A stretch of DNA of 64,000 bases from an uncultured Gemmatimonadota bacterium (GCA_951812955.1 OX638340.1:2656001-2720000), one strand, 5' to 3'; shown: positions 44,998-54,838, counted from the stretch's first letter. Notes: generated by a model from the sequence alone, not told the origin. Made by a program: numbers and translations.

Positions 44998-46953
44998 TCA
45001 AAAGGAATGGGGATTATGAACGGCTCCGGGAAAATACAGCAGATCGGCCAGGATAGCAATGGAAGCGCCAAGGACGTAGCCCACGAGGATGCCGATCATC
45101 AACGGCTGAACGGCATGGTATAGCCGCACGCCGCCTGCCCTGATCAGGATGGTTTTCAACAGCCAGGCGAGAAGGACCGGGAAGAAGGCGTTGCGGGGCG
45201 GACCGCCGGCCGCTACCACGAAGCCGATGGGTGAAATGGGCCACCAACTGAAGTAGTAACGGCATACAGTCATTCCCAGGACCATCGCCATGCCCGCGAT
45301 CAGAAAGAACACCTCGGAACCGGAAATCGTCGTGTTGTTCTTCATCCAGCTGATGATCAGGTCGTAGAATCCGGGGTTACCTGCGATATCAGCGTAGAAG
45401 TTCGACGCGCCGCCGAGCCGGTATCCGGAATAGGCTGTGAAGCCTACGGCGGAAATCGCGCTGAGGGAGAAGGCGACGGCGCTCCAGAAGAACAGTGTGC
45501 GCCCTTCGACGCCAATCACCGATCTCAGCCGCGCGACGTGGGACGGTATGATCATGGGAAAGGTCTTCCAGTTGCGCGCGAAAGCGCTTCCCAGGCCCAA
45601 CGCCGACAGGTTCCGGGGTGAAAGCGAAGCGGAGCCCAGCATGGCGACGGTAAACTGGTGGGCGTTAACGGGAAGGTCCAGGAAGACCAGTCCGGATTCC
45701 GCCATTACGCGGCAGAAGGCGAAGTAGAATAGGAACAGCACCGTCAGAAACGCGGCGATCACCGGAAAGGACATGCCCACGGCGTGCAACCACCACACGA
45801 TGTAGGCCATGCCGCACGCCCCGGTGATCACGGCCGTCCGGTAGGAGAAGAACTCGTCCTCGTCACGCAGGTTCGTGGCGCCTCCCAGCACATGGCGCCA
45901 CACAGTCCCCAGGTGCCGCCGCGCGATCCAGATCCCCCAGAGCGCGAAGGCGATCATCCCGCCGATGAACTGGACTGTGACCAGCCCTCCAGGTACGGCG
46001 GTTCCTGAATCTGCGATGATGCCGAGCCGGGCCAGGACGCCTTGCTCCAGCGTGTTGATGATCTGGAAGAGCCATACGCTGAACAGGATGTCCACGTTGA
46101 TGAAGTAGGAGAATGCGAAGGTAAGGACGTTCATGCGAATGATTTGAACCGGGAAGGCGCGGCCGATCTCGATATTGATCAGGAACTTCGTATCGATGGG
46201 AAAGGACGTCCATTGCGTCCAGTATGACACCGTGTTCCAGAGCATGAGGGAAAACGTGATGATAGCGCCGGTGATGAACAGCCGGTTGCGCATGATCGAC
46301 GGCAGGACCGAATCCGTTTCGTCGTCCGCATCCGTCATGACGACCGCCGTCTGCGCGAGGGGATAGGAAAGGCGCTCGTGCTCGGCCCATTGCCGGCGCA
46401 TCAGGACGACATAGCAGAGGCCGACGGCTAGCAGGCCGGCGAAAAAGGAAAACCACCAGAACACGGGAATGATCCACGCCGCCCAGGGAATCGGAGCGCC
46501 GGCAGGAAGACCCCAGTAGTAGTCCCGGTTCGCGTTCTGTTCGTTCCTGATAATTACCCAGTCCGGGAGAAAGGGGAAAATCAGTTCGCGCCACTGGTTC
46601 TCGGGCGTGGCGTAGTATTCCGCCGTGGCCATCATGCCGACCAGGTAGTTCGACATGCCATAGGTGGGTACCATGAAACCGATCCAGCCCAGGACGAAGA
46701 CGAACAGGAGTTCCTTGTTTCGCAGTCCCCACGACGGATTAATCGCCTTGACCAGGATATTGGGGCCAAGTACGCCCAGGAAGAAAGGGATCAGCAGGCC
46801 GAGGTCGATATGGGCGAAGGTGAGATGGGTAAACCCGACGAGATAACTGGTCGACACCGACAGGATGTTGACCGCGACGGCCAGCGCCAGACCCATGATT
46901 ATGGCCCGGGGGGTCGCTGCGCGCGGGCTGGACGGGTCGACCGTATCGGTCAT
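44998..46953 (-). CDS. Large polytopic membrane protein of unknown function (651 aa); paralog 3 of 3
   Basis: A tandem duplicate of the downstream gene. Its start overlaps the stop of the M32 carboxypeptidase gene (ATGA). Confidence 0.65.
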   Translation of the reverse strand: MTDTVDPSSPRAATPRAIIMGLALAVAVNILSVSTSYLVGFTHLTFAHIDLGLLIPFFLGVLGPNILVKAINPSWGLRNKELLFVFVLGWIGFMVPTYGMSNYLVGMMATAEYYATPENQWRELIFPFLPDWVIIRNEQNANRDYYWGLPAGAPIPWAAWIIPVFWWFSFFAGLLAVGLCYVVLMRRQWAEHERLSYPLAQTAVVMTDADDETDSVLPSIMRNRLFITGAIITFSLMLWNTVSYWTQWTSFPIDTKFLINIEIGRAFPVQIIRMNVLTFAFSYFINVDILFSVWLFQIINTLEQGVLARLGIIADSGTAVPGGLVTVQFIGGMIAFALWGIWIARRHLGTVWRHVLGGATNLRDEDEFFSYRTAVITGACGMAYIVWWLHAVGMSFPVIAAFLTVLFLFYFAFCRVMAESGLVFLDLPVNAHQFTVAMLGSASLSPRNLSALGLGSAFARNWKTFPMIIPSHVARLRSVIGVEGRTLFFWSAVAFSLSAISAVGFTAYSGYRLGGASNFYADIAGNPGFYDLIISWMKNNTTISGSEVFFLIAGMAMVLGMTVCRYYFSWWPISPIGFVVAAGGPPRNAFFPVLLAWLLKTILIRAGGVRLYHAVQPLMIGILVGYVLGASIAILADLLYFPGAVHNPHSF

Positions 46954-48443
46954 AGGCTGTACAGGGAGCTGTACTTATCGTGTACGTAAGCCAGGAAGTA
47001 ATCCGCCGATAGCACTTCGCCGGTGACGTGCTGCACGAGTTCACCGGCGCGGTAGGTCATGCCGGGCCGATGGATGCGGTCCCTGAGCCAGTCTCGAAGG
47101 GGAAGCAATTCTCCGCGTGCGATTCGTTCCGACAGGTCGGGTATTTCCCGCTCGGCGGCGCGGTAGAACTGGGCGGCGTAGAGATTCCCAAGGGTATAGG
47201 TGGGGAAATACCCGAAACTTCCGTGCGACCAGTGGATGTCCTGCAGCACGCCGTCCCGGTCGTCCGGTGGCTCGATGCCGAGAAAGGCCTTCATATTCTC
47301 GTTCCATACCGCCGACAGATCGCCCGCCGCGTATTCGTCCGTGAACAGTCCGCGCTCTATTTCGAACCGGAGCAGGATGTGGAGATTGTAGGTGATTTCG
47401 TCCGCTTCCACCCGGATGAGCGAGGGTTTCACCTCGTTAACCGCGGCGTAGACTTCTTCTTCGCTCACGTCCGCCGAGTTTTCAGGGAATATCGCCGAGA
47501 ATTCGGGGAAGAAGTGTTGCCAGAATGCCCTGCTTCGACCGACCATGTTTTCCCACATACGGGATTGGGATTCGTGTATGCCGAGGGACACCGAAGCCCC
47601 GCGGGGCGTGCCCTCGTTCTCCGGGTCGTGTCCCTGTTCATAGAGACCGTGCCCCGCCTCGTGGATCACGCCGTAGAAGGATTGCATGGGGAGCGTCTCG
47701 GAATACCGGGTCGTCATTCGGACGTCGTTGACGCCCATGTGCGTGCAGAATGGATGGGGAGAGATATCCAGGCGGCCTGCCTCGAAATCGAAGCCCATGC
47801 GTTCGGCGGCCATGACGCCCATGCGCCGCTGGTCGTCGACGGGGTAGTTACGCTCCAGGAAATCGGTGCGAGGCTTGACGCCAGAGTCGGCGATGCGCTG
47901 CACCAGGTCCACGAGGGGACCACGTATAGAATCGAAGACCGCCGCGGTCTCTTTCGTCGAAGCGTAAGGCTCGTATTCATCGAGCAGCGCGTCGTAGGGT
48001 TCGTCCTCGTATCCCACCGCCTCGGCGACCTCGCGCTGGAGGGCGACCAGCTTGTCGACCCACGGGGCGAAAGCCGGGAAATCATCCTCCTGCCGGGCTT
48101 TGATCCACACACCGATGGCCGCCGAACTCGTTTCCGCCAGGTCCTTGACCAGGCCGACGGGGATCTTTACCGCCCGGTCGCTGAAACGGGAAATCTCGCG
48201 GACGTTGACCTCTTCGTCGGCCGTCAGCGATTCGGAACGGGCCCCGTCCAGCGCGCCGCGCATTTCATCGGAGGTGATCCGTTCGTGGGCCATGCCTGAG
48301 AGCGTGGCGAGTTGCCGTCCCCTGCTGGCCGCGCCCTTGGGGGGCATGTAGGTTTCCTGGTCCCACCCCATCAGGGCCAGGGCGGCGTACAGGTCACTTA
48401 TCTCCCGATAGATCTCCATTACCCGATCATAGTGCTTTGGCAC
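46950..48443 (-). CDS. Carboxypeptidase Taq (M32)-family metallocarboxypeptidase
   Basis: HEAGHGLYEQG (HExxH), HESQSRMWE, and DIHWSHGSFGYFPTYTLG are the M32 signature blocks. Confidence 0.85.
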   Translation of the reverse strand: MPKHYDRVMEIYREISDLYAALALMGWDQETYMPPKGAASRGRQLATLSGMAHERITSDEMRGALDGARSESLTADEEVNVREISRFSDRAVKIPVGLVKDLAETSSAAIGVWIKARQEDDFPAFAPWVDKLVALQREVAEAVGYEDEPYDALLDEYEPYASTKETAAVFDSIRGPLVDLVQRIADSGVKPRTDFLERNYPVDDQRRMGVMAAERMGFDFEAGRLDISPHPFCTHMGVNDVRMTTRYSETLPMQSFYGVIHEAGHGLYEQGHDPENEGTPRGASVSLGIHESQSRMWENMVGRSRAFWQHFFPEFSAIFPENSADVSEEEVYAAVNEVKPSLIRVEADEITYNLHILLRFEIERGLFTDEYAAGDLSAVWNENMKAFLGIEPPDDRDGVLQDIHWSHGSFGYFPTYTLGNLYAAQFYRAAEREIPDLSERIARGELLPLRDWLRDRIHRPGMTYRAGELVQHVTGEVLSADYFLAYVHDKYSSLYSL

Positions 48444-48523
48444 GGCGTATATCTCCCTTGTCTGGAACCGCTCTGGCCGTTTCTCGTCTGTCAGGAGGCT
48501 TCCGTGAGCGGTCTCGTTTCTCT

Positions 48524-49819
48524 CTAGTTGCCCAGGACCGGTTGGACGCGCAATTCAAGCAGGCCATGGGCCCTTCGAAGCACTTGTTCCACCTGGCCGG
48601 GTTGATCTCCTCGTGCGAATATGAAACCGGGGTAACTGGCGCCTTCGGGAAGCGGAGTCAGCAGGTCGCCTTCCTTTGCGGTGATTACCACGTCTTCCAC
48701 GCCCGGAACCTTCTTCGCCGTTTCGACACCGTCGTATCGCAGAAACTGTCCGCTTTCCGGAACGGGCAGCATCATCACGCCCGCGGCCTTCGTCTGCCCG
48801 GTACTTCGCCCGAAGTCCGTCGCGTCGAGACCTGTACCGCTCGTGTCCTGTCCCAGGGCGTGACGCAGGATGAGTTCCTCCAGGGACAGCCCGATTCCGA
48901 ACTCCAGGACGCGCGAGCAAAGCCCCCCGATGGATCGGCCGGCGATTTCAATGATCCTGGCCTCGCCGTGGTGGATGCGCAGTTCGGCGTGGACCGGACT
49001 CTCCGACAGGCCCACGGCCGTGGAAGCCCTTTGTACGGCTTCGGCTACGACCTTTTGCGTCTTGCCGGGCAAGCGCGAAGGCGTTATGTAAATCGACTCC
49101 TCGAAATAGGGCCCCTCCAGCGGATCGGGCTTGTCGAACAGCGCGAGCACGCGCAGCAGTCCGCCGGTCAGTAATCCCTCCAGGGCTACCTCTGCGCCTG
49201 GTATGTAGGATTCCACCATGATGCGTCGGGCGTCGGGATCGAGGCTCGGCGGCCTGTCCGTCGCGCTGTCGAGTAGGTGGCTGATTCTCCGGAATGCTTC
49301 TATAAAGCCTGATGGCGAGTCGGCCCGTATTACGCCCCGGCTGCCCGATAGCAGGACGGGTTTGAGCACACAGGGGTAAGGTTGCTCCAGCGCGATTTCC
49401 TCGACCGGGACCGACAGGTCGAACAGGGCGAAATACGGGTTCCATACCCCCGCGGACGAGAGCATTTCACGCATGCGGTACTTGTTGCGCGCGGCGACGG
49501 CCGCTTCGGGCGTGTTGTGCGGAAGGTCGAGGATCTGACATGCCCTGGCGGCGATCTCGGTGGTATAATCGTCGACTGGTACGATGGCATCGAGGGTATG
49601 ATCACGGGCGTAGGCCACGATTTCCTCCACGGCCTGCGACACGTATCTCAGCCGAAGCGACAGCGGGACGTCCCAAGCTTCCGCCAGCACGTGGCAGAAG
49701 TCCGAACCCACGACGACTTCAATGCCCATACGCCGCGCCGCAGCCAGAAACGGATCCGCGCGATAGGTCGTCGTCGGCATCAGGAGCAGTAGTTTTTTGG
49801 ACCGGGTCTCTGCTGGCAT
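48524..49819 (-). CDS. ATP-grasp-domain protein (carboxylate-amine ligase family)
   Basis: Central PYPCVLKPVLLSGSRGVIRA...MVESYIPGAEVALEGLL...HAELRIHHGEARIIEIAGR has the ATP-grasp B and C subdomain pattern. Substrate unknown. Confidence 0.65.
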   Translation of the reverse strand: MPAETRSKKLLLLMPTTTYRADPFLAAARRMGIEVVVGSDFCHVLAEAWDVPLSLRLRYVSQAVEEIVAYARDHTLDAIVPVDDYTTEIAARACQILDLPHNTPEAAVAARNKYRMREMLSSAGVWNPYFALFDLSVPVEEIALEQPYPCVLKPVLLSGSRGVIRADSPSGFIEAFRRISHLLDSATDRPPSLDPDARRIMVESYIPGAEVALEGLLTGGLLRVLALFDKPDPLEGPYFEESIYITPSRLPGKTQKVVAEAVQRASTAVGLSESPVHAELRIHHGEARIIEIAGRSIGGLCSRVLEFGIGLSLEELILRHALGQDTSGTGLDATDFGRSTGQTKAAGVMMLPVPESGQFLRYDGVETAKKVPGVEDVVITAKEGDLLTPLPEGASYPGFIFARGDQPGQVEQVLRRAHGLLELRVQPVLGN

Positions 49820-49912
49820 GGTTAGACTGGAAAATAGAAATTTTGTCGATCGAAATCAATGAAATCGCCCGCCCCGTCGAGATACCATACACAGGTATAG
49901 CGAAAAAAAAAC

Positions 49913-49942
49913 TTGCATACGCAATCGCGTAGAAAATATATT
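49913..49942 (+). promoter_or_regulatory. Candidate sigma-70 promoter for hup (TTGCAT -18- TATATT)
   Basis: AT-rich region with an A9 tract upstream. GGAGGG RBS 8 nt before the hup ATG. The minus-strand operon promoter probably lies in the same 240-bp gap. Confidence 0.3.
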
Positions 49943-50058
49943 GCACGTACATTTCGCTTAAATCACCCGCAGGCACGGGACCTTAGAACGGTCTGTCGCG
50001 GGAATTCTCGCACTCTATCGGGTGCATTACTCCCATTATTTCATCTGGAGGGTAATCA

Positions 50059-50331
50059 ATGAATCGCACAGAATTGGCCGGTAAGGTCGCTGATGCTACC
50101 GGGTTGTCCAAAGCGCAAGCCGATAGCGCGGTCGCCGCAGCACTCGACGCCATCAAGAGCAGTCTCAGTGACGGCGATTCCGTCACGCTGATCGGCTTCG
50201 GCACGTTCAGCGTATCGAATCGTGCTGCTCGCCAGGGGCGAAATCCCGGTACGGGAGAGTCCATTACGATCGCTGCGAGAAACGTGGCCAAGTTTACGGC
50301 GGGCAAGGCTTTAAAAGACGCCATAGGCTAA
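50059..50331 (+). CDS. hup: HU-family DNA-binding protein
   Basis: MNRTELAGKVADATGLSKAQADSAVAAALDAIKSSL...GFGTFSVSNRAARQGRNPGTGESITIAARNVAKFTAGKALKDA is a canonical 90-aa HU. Confidence 0.9.
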   Translation: MNRTELAGKVADATGLSKAQADSAVAAALDAIKSSLSDGDSVTLIGFGTFSVSNRAARQGRNPGTGESITIAARNVAKFTAGKALKDAIG

Positions 50332-50343
50332 GAAAAGCTACGG

Positions 50344-50380
50344 GGCCCGTCCGGCCTCATCGGTCGGACAGGCCCTGTTG
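50344..50380 (+). terminator. Candidate rho-independent terminator after hup (stem GGCCCGTCCG / CGGACAGGCC, 9/10 bp, followed by CTGTTG)
   Basis: Inverted repeat read directly, 13 nt after the hup stop. The U-tract is weak. Confidence 0.35.
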
Positions 50381-50602
50381 AACGGTACTCGGACAGCCGG
50401 GCCGGAGAGGCCTGCCGGAGCGAATAAAAGCTTCAGTCGCCCCGGTTAGTGACGATCTGCCTGTCCTTTTTTTAAACGGATCCTTGAATCGTTCGTTTTT
50501 TTGCCTTGCTAAGCACACGTGTGCATATCCGGCTCAGGTAGACTGCACGAACTCGTTAGCGTTCTGTCGCACCGACATCGAGAAGACAACTGGAGGATTG
50601 CC

Positions 50603-51262
50603 TTGCCGCTCTATGAATTCAACCTCACGGATTTTCTTTTTCCCGCGGATCTCCCGAACAACAAGGCCAATTTCCGCTTTGTTGTCGATCTGCGATTCAT
50701 AAATCATCGCAGTCAGTTTGCCACCGAACACGCCGTGATGCCTAGCCTCGACACGTTCTGGGAATGCGATACCGAACGGTCGGGAAAACCGAATTACGTT
50801 CGCGGCGCTGGAGAGGAAGCGTTGCGGATTGGCGATCTTCCGGCCGGCCGTTGCGGCCGTTTCGAGATGGCGGAGATTGACGATTGGGACAAACTCATTT
50901 TGCTGGTACGGGGGAAGCGTATCCATTCCATTCAATTCAAGGTATACGACGTGGATCGCAGAGATGCCTGGGACAAGATCAAGGATTTCCTGGCCGGGAT
51001 CGTCGAGGCCGTCGTCGGCAGAATCCGAGGGGCGGTCCCGGAGAACCTCCCCTTGCATCTGCCGGAATCCCTGGGCGGCGCGGCGGACGACCTGCAGTCC
51101 TTCCTGCTGAAAAAGATCGCGGGTGGCGACGCGGTCCTGTTCCGGGGATCTGCGAATCTTGCCGAGCTTTCCGGTGAAGGATCGACGCACCATACGGTGC
51201 ATGGCCGGGGAACCCGGGGAACGTACATGATCGGTTTCAGCCTGACCCAGCGGGATGGGTGA
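50603..51262 (+). CDS. Hypothetical protein (~220 aa) immediately upstream of a metallophosphoesterase gene; start uncertain (TTG at 50603 with GGAGG 6 nt upstream, or ATG at 50738)
   Basis: Open frame with coding-like composition. Ends 12 nt before the MPP gene start. No recognisable motifs. Confidence 0.4.
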   Translation: MPLYEFNLTDFLFPADLPNNKANFRFVVDLRFINHRSQFATEHAVMPSLDTFWECDTERSGKPNYVRGAGEEALRIGDLPAGRCGRFEMAEIDDWDKLILLVRGKRIHSIQFKVYDVDRRDAWDKIKDFLAGIVEAVVGRIRGAVPENLPLHLPESLGGAADDLQSFLLKKIAGGDAVLFRGSANLAELSGEGSTHHTVHGRGTRGTYMIGFSLTQRDG

Positions 51263-51274
51263 ATCCATGCCGCC

Positions 51275-52651
51275 ATGCTGGTAATCGTCAGCGACCTGCA
51301 TTTGACGGACGGCACATCCGGCCGGACCATCAATGCGCATGCCTTTCGGTTGTTCGCCGACCGGGTTCGGGACATGGCCTTCGACGCCTCCTGGCGGCGC
51401 GGGGGTTCCTACCGGCCGGTCGAGCGCGTCGACATCCTCCTTCTGGGAGATATCCTGGACGTCATTCGCTCGACCCGGTGGCTTGAGACCGATCGCGGGA
51501 CGCGTCCCTGGAGCGACCCCGCGGACGTCCGGCTCGCCCGGAAGGTGAATGAAGTAACCGATGAGATCCTGAAGCACAATGCGCACGCGCTGTCTCATCT
51601 CGGGAACCTGGCGCGTCCCGGAGGCCTCCTGCTTTCTCCGCCCGGGGGAGCGAATGGGAACCCGAAGCATTCCGAGCCCGGCCTGCCGGTACGGATCGGC
51701 ATCCACTACATGGTCGGCAACCACGACTGGTTCTATCATTTGCCCGGCGCGGACTACCACCCTCTGAGGAGGAAGGTCTCGGACGCCCTGGGGCTGGAGA
51801 ACGACCCTGACGCGCCCTTCCCCCACGATCAGGAAGAATCGGCCCGACTCGACGGCATACTTCGTGATCACGGGGTCATCGCCCGCCATGGAGACGTCTT
51901 CGATCCCTTCAATTACTCCGGATCGAGGAACGAGCCGTCGCTGGGGGACGGCGTCGTCATAGAATTGGTGATCCGCTTCCACCGGGAGGTCCTCGCCCGC
52001 CTGGGATCACGAATGCCCCGGTCGTTCATCGACGGACTGCGGGAGATGGACAATGTCCGCCCCCTGGCAGCCGTTCCCGTCTGGATCGACGGCCTGTTAC
52101 GTAGTCACGGGGTGCCAGGAAGAGAGGCTCGCAAGGTAAAAGACACCTGGAACGACCTGGTCGACGCCTTCCTCGATCTGGATTTCATCCGGGGGCGGGA
52201 CGCTTACTTGAATCCCTTCGACAGCGTGGACCGGCTGGAATACGCGCTGAGGATCACGCGAGACATTCCGCTAGTCGCGGCGAGCGCGCTGGGCGCGTGG
52301 TGGAACGACCTGGCGAGTGGTCCAGGCGGCACGGACGAATCCTATCATGCCCACGCTGCCGGGGAAAAGGCGGTGCTGGACAGGGAGGCACGGCACGTGG
52401 TATACGGCCATACCCACCACTACGAAATCGTGCCCCTCGACGCCATGACGCGGGACGGCCGGCGATTCGAACAGGTCTACTTCAACGCGGGCACGTGGCG
52501 CAGGGTACATCGGCTCGCTCGTTCGTCCCGGCGCGGCCGGTCCTTTGTAGCCTACGACGTCATGACCTTCCTGACATTTTTCAAGGACGACGAACGCATG
52601 GGCCGCCCGTTCGCCTGCTGGTCGGGGACGCTGGGCGAGGCGCGCCGGTAG
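51275..52651 (+). CDS. Calcineurin-like metallophosphoesterase (MPP superfamily), 458 aa with long insertions
   Basis: All MPP motifs are present in order: VSDLHLTDG (DxH), LLLGDILD (GDxxD), MVGNHDW (GNHD/E), ARHGDVFD, and YGHTHHYE (GHxH). Confidence 0.75.
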   Translation: MLVIVSDLHLTDGTSGRTINAHAFRLFADRVRDMAFDASWRRGGSYRPVERVDILLLGDILDVIRSTRWLETDRGTRPWSDPADVRLARKVNEVTDEILKHNAHALSHLGNLARPGGLLLSPPGGANGNPKHSEPGLPVRIGIHYMVGNHDWFYHLPGADYHPLRRKVSDALGLENDPDAPFPHDQEESARLDGILRDHGVIARHGDVFDPFNYSGSRNEPSLGDGVVIELVIRFHREVLARLGSRMPRSFIDGLREMDNVRPLAAVPVWIDGLLRSHGVPGREARKVKDTWNDLVDAFLDLDFIRGRDAYLNPFDSVDRLEYALRITRDIPLVAASALGAWWNDLASGPGGTDESYHAHAAGEKAVLDREARHVVYGHTHHYEIVPLDAMTRDGRRFEQVYFNAGTWRRVHRLARSSRRGRSFVAYDVMTFLTFFKDDERMGRPFACWSGTLGEARR

Positions 52652-52934
52652 GACGGGATATGAGTATCAGAACCGCAATCCGAATCAAAGTCAACTGAGA
52701 TTGAACGACATAAACGAGTTACGGTCAGCAAAGAATAGTTTACCCTAACTGCTGATATTCGTACATTTTGTTGACGAGCATTTGACTCCAAGTTCTAACG
52801 ATACTTCGCATGCGATGCGTGTTTTTCAAACCAAAGATCGTGTTGGAAGTGTTATACTGAGTGAGGATACGTGTGAATTGCCGACGAGATTCCTGACAAA
52901 AACTTAATAGAATTTGGCCACAAAGGAGACTGTT

Positions 52935-53123
52935 ATGTCTGAGGATAGACATACTTCCAGAGAGCAGAACGATATAGAAATCAAGAGTGTAAACGAAGAT
53001 TCGCCAGGAATCGAGACTATGCCCGATATTACCCCGGAGATGATTTCGCCAAATCCTCCCCAAAGCAACAGTGAGAACAACCAGCACGATCAAACAGGGT
53101 CATCAAATGTAGAAAGTGACTAA
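52935..53123 (+). CDS. Small acidic, low-complexity hypothetical protein (62 aa) in an AT-rich spacer
   Basis: AAGGAG RBS 6 nt upstream of ATG. The product is Ser/Asn/Glu/Pro-rich. Weak coding evidence. Confidence 0.25.
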   Translation: MSEDRHTSREQNDIEIKSVNEDSPGIETMPDITPEMISPNPPQSNSENNQHDQTGSSNVESD

Positions 53124-53309
53124 GATGTCGAGTTCAGTTCAGGCGATATAGAGTGGGTGCAATTGCACAAGAAAAAGTAACAAATAAAACTGTATTCAAC
53201 CGCTTGATTAGAATCCTTGTTAAGACTGGCAGCAGACCCTTTTCACTTGACTTGAAAGACCTCTCGCCCTACCATGGTGCAGTTGTTTAGGGAGATATCG
53301 GGAAGGTAT

Positions 53310-53396
53310 GCCGGGGTGGTGGAATTGGTAGACACAGGAGACTTAAAATCTCCCGGACCTCAATAGTCCGTGCCGGTTCGAGTCCGGCCCTCGGCA
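53310..53396 (+). tRNA. tRNA-Leu (anticodon UAA), type II with a long variable arm
   Basis: GCCGGGGTGGTGGAATTGGTAGACACAGGAGACTTAAAATCTCC...GGTTCGAGTCCGGCCCTCGGCA. The anticodon loop cuUAAaa reads UAA. Acceptor stem has one G-U pair. No encoded CCA. Confidence 0.85.
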
Positions 53397-53435
53397 TTCG
53401 GGGTCGTGAACAAACTGGTGAATGCTGGATATGCA

Positions 53436-53509
53436 GGGCGCTTAGCTCAGATGGTTAGAGTGCCACGTTGACATCGTGGAGGTCAGTGGTTCGATCCCAC
53501 TAGCGCCCA
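53436..53509 (+). tRNA. tRNA-Val (anticodon GAC)
   Basis: GGGCGCTTAGCTCAGATGGTTAGAGTGCCACGTTGACATCGTGGAGGTCAGTGGTTCGATCCCACTAGCGCCCA. The anticodon loop ttGACat reads GAC. T-loop GGTTCGATCC. Confidence 0.85.
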
Positions 53510-53597
53510 TTCCGTTCCGAACCAAGCAAATGCCCGGCCCTGGTCGCTCCGGCCGGGTTTCTTAATTCCCCCTGCTCCTAAACCAGTTTGCTCCAGC

Positions 53598-54647
53598 ATG
53601 AAAATCACGGATATCAAGGCCGTCTACCCGGCATGGAAGAAAAAGGGGTCGGGCGCCTGGCAAGAGTATTACTGGCAGATCGTGGTCCGGGTGGAGACGG
53701 ACACCGGCGTCCTGGGGTACGGGTACGGCGGAGGCGGAGAACCCGGCAAACTGATCGTCAACGGTCATCTGCGCGATGCGCTGATTGGCAGGACGATCGG
53801 CAGCGTGGATGATATTCGCGACACCTGGGACCATCTCTACTTCAAATCCCTGCCGTACGGCCGCAATGGCATTGTGATCATGGCCCTCAGCGGAATCGAT
53901 CTGGCCCTGTGGGACCTGCTCGGTAAAACCGAAGGCAAGCCCGTATACGAGCTGATCGGGGGATTGAAGAAGGACAAGGTCCGTGCCTACGCGACAGGGG
54001 GCGACCCTGCACGGGTCCGCGACCTGGGCTATACGGCCGTAAAGCGCTCGCACAAGTGGCGGTCTGACGCCGACTACGACGTAGCCGCGGTCCAGGCGGC
54101 CCGGTGCAGGGAGCTGTTCGGTCCGGACGCGCTGCTCATGTTCGACTGCTACATGTCCTGGGATGCCTGGGTAGCCCTGCGGATGCGCGAAATCCTGGCC
54201 GAATACGAACCCTACTGGTTCGAGGATCTCATCACCCCCGACCATCTGGACGAACTGGCCGAACTCAGGCCGCGGCTGGCGCCTGTTCTACTGGCCGGCG
54301 GCGAGCACGATTTCTCCCACCATGCGTTCCGCGCCATTGCCCGCGCCGGCGCCCTGGACCTGTGGCAGCCCGATATCACCTGGTGCGGTGGAATAACGGC
54401 GGGGTTGCGCATCCTGGACCTGGCCAGATCGCAAGGGGTGCCTGTATGTCCCCATCGTGGGGGCGAAATCTGGGGGCTGCACCTAATCGCCGCGACGGAT
54501 TGCATGGATCTGGCGGAGACCCACCCGGATAGGCGGAACGATATGGACGGCTCGGTGCTGCTCGACGAGCCCGTGGTATCCGGCGGCGAGATCGCACCGG
54601 CTGACCGTCCGGGGTTCGGCGTCACGCTGAAACCGGCGTATTGCTAG
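53598..54647 (+). CDS. Enolase-superfamily protein (mandelate racemase/muconate-lactonizing-enzyme family; likely sugar-acid dehydratase)
   Basis: N-terminal capping domain plus a barrel domain. Metal ligands lie in MFDCYMSWD / YWFEDL / ...context, with a C-terminal ...PGFGVTL typical of MR/MLE-family dehydratases. Confidence 0.8.
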   Translation: MKITDIKAVYPAWKKKGSGAWQEYYWQIVVRVETDTGVLGYGYGGGGEPGKLIVNGHLRDALIGRTIGSVDDIRDTWDHLYFKSLPYGRNGIVIMALSGIDLALWDLLGKTEGKPVYELIGGLKKDKVRAYATGGDPARVRDLGYTAVKRSHKWRSDADYDVAAVQAARCRELFGPDALLMFDCYMSWDAWVALRMREILAEYEPYWFEDLITPDHLDELAELRPRLAPVLLAGGEHDFSHHAFRAIARAGALDLWQPDITWCGGITAGLRILDLARSQGVPVCPHRGGEIWGLHLIAATDCMDLAETHPDRRNDMDGSVLLDEPVVSGGEIAPADRPGFGVTLKPAYC

Positions 54648-54725
54648 CATATGCATCCGCTCTCGTGGGATATAAGGAAGCGCTTCGACTACTCTATCTA
54701 GCTGAAACCATGTAACTTGTGGATT

Positions 54726-54768
54726 AAATCCCCGGTTTTCGGGGATTTGGCGCCGGATCATATCCGGC
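54726..54768 (+). terminator. Two adjacent GC-rich hairpins (AAATCCCCG-gtttt-CGGGGATTT; GCCGGA-tcata-TCCGGC) ~80 nt downstream of the enolase-family gene; possible terminator or attenuator structure
   Basis: Perfect inverted repeats read directly. Followed by TTGTTG rather than a clean U-run. Confidence 0.3.
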
Positions 54769-54838
54769 TTGTTGATGCATCGGCAAGGACCGCGCCTCGT
54801 ACTGCAGCACGGCGGCGCAAAAACGAAAGGAGGTTTGT

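Noticed and set aside
50534-51982. 482-aa minus-strand ORF spanning the hypothetical plus metallophosphoesterase cassette
   Set aside because: Its translation is Arg/Gly/Pro-rich with no motifs. The plus-strand MPP gene has all canonical motifs in order, so the minus ORF is a shadow.
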